Shown here one piece after another: positions 61,851-64,000 of a DNA stretch of 64,000 nt. A program made the position numbers and the translations under genes. Positions within the stretch are counted from its first letter, which is position 1, and every line of letters begins with the position of its first letter. The notes beneath the pieces are model-generated. The model worked only from the letters and a program-made list of their open reading frames with translations. It was not told where the DNA came from and did no database searches. Source of the stretch: Anaerolineales bacterium (lineage in GTDB: Bacteria; Chloroflexota; Anaerolineae; Anaerolineales; E44-bin32); the NCBI GenBank assembly GCA_037382465.1, contig JARRPX010000002.1, positions 6,714-70,713 of the forward strand, written 5' to 3'.

Positions 61851-63073
61851 TCGAGTGCAGCCTCCGCGGCACGATATGCAGTTGCGAGATCAATGCCCTG
61901 GCGCGAACCTTCGCACTGTCGATCCGCGCCTGAAATGATGACGACCGCAGCATACAGATTTTCGAAAACCGGATCGCCATGCAGATCGAGAGGCTGCATG
62001 CGTGAATTGACGAGCAAACCGAATTTCTCGTAGGGCTGCTCCTCGAAGGGTGAGGATGCAAGCCAGGCTTGACGATCCTCTGAATGCTGAACGGGAAGAT
62101 TGAAAACAGTCTCGACGATATTCCCATCCCGCCTAGCAGCCAGACCTCCGTTTAGGAAACCGCCGGTCGCCAGGATTACGCCGCGAGCATCGAGATTGTG
62201 TTCGCCCCCCGTGGTGTGAAGGACGACACCGGATACGCGCCGGACTTTCTTGCTGCGTTCTATACGTCCCGTTGCGGATGAGCCGAGGATGATGTCGACT
62301 CCCATTTTGGTCGCCGCGGCAGATAGTATCTTTTCCAGGCGCAGCCCCGGTAGGCTTGGCGGCGGAGTGGGGATTTCAAAAATTCCAATATCGAGGAAGT
62401 CTTGGAAAGCCGTAAAGATACGATGGGAATCATGAATGCCGAGCACCGCAGGGATGCCGAGACGATCAACACCTGCGAGGCGCGGTTTCCACAGCCTGGC
62501 AATCGACACCCAATCTGAGGGATTTTCAAATCGCTGAGCAAGATCTGTGGCGTAGAGATCGCGGCGAGGTGCTGCTCCTGGGAGTGGGAGCTGGATTGTA
62601 CGCTCGACTGTGTAGCCGTTCATTTCGATGTTCTTGGCCAGCAGGTCCGGGAAGAAATCCCGCAGTCCGGGAATCGTGCCGATCGAGATCGGTTTGCCCT
62701 TTTGGATGCTTGTCTGGGCTAAAGATGCCGGCGCATATGCAGTGGTGTGGATTGCGCCAAATGCGGTCGGCAGGAGCGTCGCTTTCGAGAGGCTCCCAAG
62801 GAGCGGGTAGTCTGCATTCCTCGATATCTCATCGAGCATATCAACGGCGTCGTTGAGGGCGCGTTTTCCGGCCAATCGATACGGATGTGATTTCCTGAGA
62901 CGGGAAAGTACCCTGGATGGCGGAGAACCAGACCACACATCGATGCAGCCATGCGAGAGGGAAAGTCCACCGTTGCCTGAAGCGACCAGCGTAACGCGGG
63001 CGCCGTGTTTTACGGCGACAATGGATGCGAATAATCCGCTAAGGCCGGCTCCAACAATCAGCACGTCCGTCAC
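61847..63073 (-). CDS. glpB: anaerobic glycerol-3-phosphate dehydrogenase subunit B
   Basis: 408 aa. MTDVLIVGAGLSGLFASIVAVKHGARVTLVASG FAD fold. Overlaps glpA and glpC by 4 nt each. Confidence 0.85.
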   Translation of the reverse strand: MTDVLIVGAGLSGLFASIVAVKHGARVTLVASGNGGLSLSHGCIDVWSGSPPSRVLSRLRKSHPYRLAGKRALNDAVDMLDEISRNADYPLLGSLSKATLLPTAFGAIHTTAYAPASLAQTSIQKGKPISIGTIPGLRDFFPDLLAKNIEMNGYTVERTIQLPLPGAAPRRDLYATDLAQRFENPSDWVSIARLWKPRLAGVDRLGIPAVLGIHDSHRIFTAFQDFLDIGIFEIPTPPPSLPGLRLEKILSAAATKMGVDIILGSSATGRIERSKKVRRVSGVVLHTTGGEHNLDARGVILATGGFLNGGLAARRDGNIVETVFNLPVQHSEDRQAWLASSPFEEQPYEKFGLLVNSRMQPLDLHGDPVFENLYAAVVIISGADRQCEGSRQGIDLATAYRAAEAALE

Positions 63074-64000
63074 GAATCATCATCCATAAATTGCTGAACA
63101 TCGAGTAGTTCGAGGTAAATTCGACGCGCAAGAGTCATCTGCCGCATGCTCTGCCCCCCGGCGAGGGGAAGCGTACCTTTCCAGCACCGATCTAGGAATG
63201 AGAAGAAGTCACGCAGCATCTCCTGTGTTTCATGTGATTGGTTGGCCAGCGCACACGCGCGAACGGCGCAAAAAGCAGCCTGACAAGGTCCCATTCCCAA
63301 ACGCGTTTCACTCCGTAAATTATCCAGACTGAATTGATCTCCAGATCGAAGTGAGGTCTCTACATCCGAATGCGTAACGATTTCGCATTCACAAATCACG
63401 GAATCGTTGATCGCCTGGCAGGGTTGGTATAAATGCTTTGCCCGATCCGTAAGCAGTAAATAATTCTTTCGCTGCGGGTATATAAGCACGGAATGTGTAG
63501 AACATTCTTCCTCGACGTGGAGTTCTTTTGCCACAACGTCAACCACTTGCTCCGCCATGTACCGGAACGTGGTCAGTTTCCCACCAAAGATCGTGAGCAA
63601 TCCGGAGATACTGTCCGTAATGGCGTGATCGATTAGAACGTGAGAACGCGAGACGTCTCTGGTCGTATCCGGAGTATGCCGGCCGGGATCATGTAGAGGG
63701 CGAATGCCCGACCAGGCTCGCAGCGCTCTACGGGTAGATAAGCCTGGGATTAGTTCCTCGCCATGATGGAGTAGAAAATCGATTTCGGATGGATCTATGG
63801 CGAGGTCCTCAGCAGAGGAGACCGGAACATCTGTGGTGCCAATTACCATCACCGATCCGATGGGGACGATCGCATCACCACTCGCGGGGGGACGACAGCG
63901 GTGGATCACGTGGTCGACCGTCCTGTTCGCCATCGCGATCAAGGTACCCCTGCTGTGTGTGATGGGTATGTTGATCCCTGCGAACGAGGTGACTTCGTTG
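63070..64000 (-). CDS. glpA: anaerobic glycerol-3-phosphate dehydrogenase subunit A, C-terminal part (5' end outside the window)
   Basis: The frame stays open to nt 64000 (...NEVTSFAGINIPITHSRGTLIAMANRTV...). The C-terminal BFD-like [2Fe-2S] segment ICECEIVT...GMGPCQAAFC is typical of GlpA. Confidence 0.85.
   Translation of the reverse strand, partial: NEVTSFAGINIPITHSRGTLIAMANRTVDHVIHRCRPPASGDAIVPIGSVMVIGTTDVPVSSAEDLAIDPSEIDFLLHHGEELIPGLSTRRALRAWSGIRPLHDPGRHTPDTTRDVSRSHVLIDHAITDSISGLLTIFGGKLTTFRYMAEQVVDVVAKELHVEEECSTHSVLIYPQRKNYLLLTDRAKHLYQPCQAINDSVICECEIVTHSDVETSLRSGDQFSLDNLRSETRLGMGPCQAAFCAVRACALANQSHETQEMLRDFFSFLDRCWKGTLPLAGGQSMRQMTLARRIYLELLDVQQFMDDDS

Overview
This is a dense bacterial chromosomal window, roughly nine-tenths coding and mostly housekeeping. 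I call 54 CDS (two cut by the window edges), 1 frameshifted pseudogene, 2 tRNAs (Asp-GTC, His-GTG), about a dozen sigma70-type promoters and 5 intrinsic terminators.

I found no rRNA, CRISPR array, transposase, integrase or prophage signature. Gene content and several quirks suggest a Chloroflexota (Anaerolineae-like) genome. The quirks are a TopA with an extra N-terminal CxxC..CxxC zinc ribbon, an MDD-family decarboxylase, a tungsten AOR and a Baseplate_J-like membrane protein inside the alaS-ruvX-mltG operon. The taxon call is inference only.

Genes sit in long co-directional blocks with many 4-nt stop/start overlaps:
- yraN-miaA
- ROK kinase, SBP pseudogene and two permeases
- alaS, orf507, ruvX, mltG, S9 peptidase, MFS
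- dprA-manC-topA
- SCP2, GMC, AOR, nnr
- mnmA, orf100, ytxG-like, ytxH-like
- radC, orf74, M23
- rseP, HEAT, AEC, exonuclease
- glpABC plus a phosphatase

The best candidate for something undescribed is at 53048-56623. It is a three-gene, membrane-only module of antiporter-like proteins in hyfD/E/F-like order. It has no redox or Mrp partner genes and apparently lacks the canonical proton-channel residues. A separately promoted coiled-coil gene and an orphan selB follow it.

Other notable items:
- an MTA/SAH-deaminase-like amidohydrolase fused to a CYTH domain
- an M23 peptidase fused to a clan GH-A-like TIM barrel with NEP changed to ANP
- a structured hisS leader carrying a terminator-like hairpin
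- back-to-back, apparently leaderless promoters for mutS and the ROK kinase
- a decayed ABC uptake operon

All homology calls come from motif recognition by eye. Start codons were chosen from RBS, promoter and family N-termini. No database search was possible.
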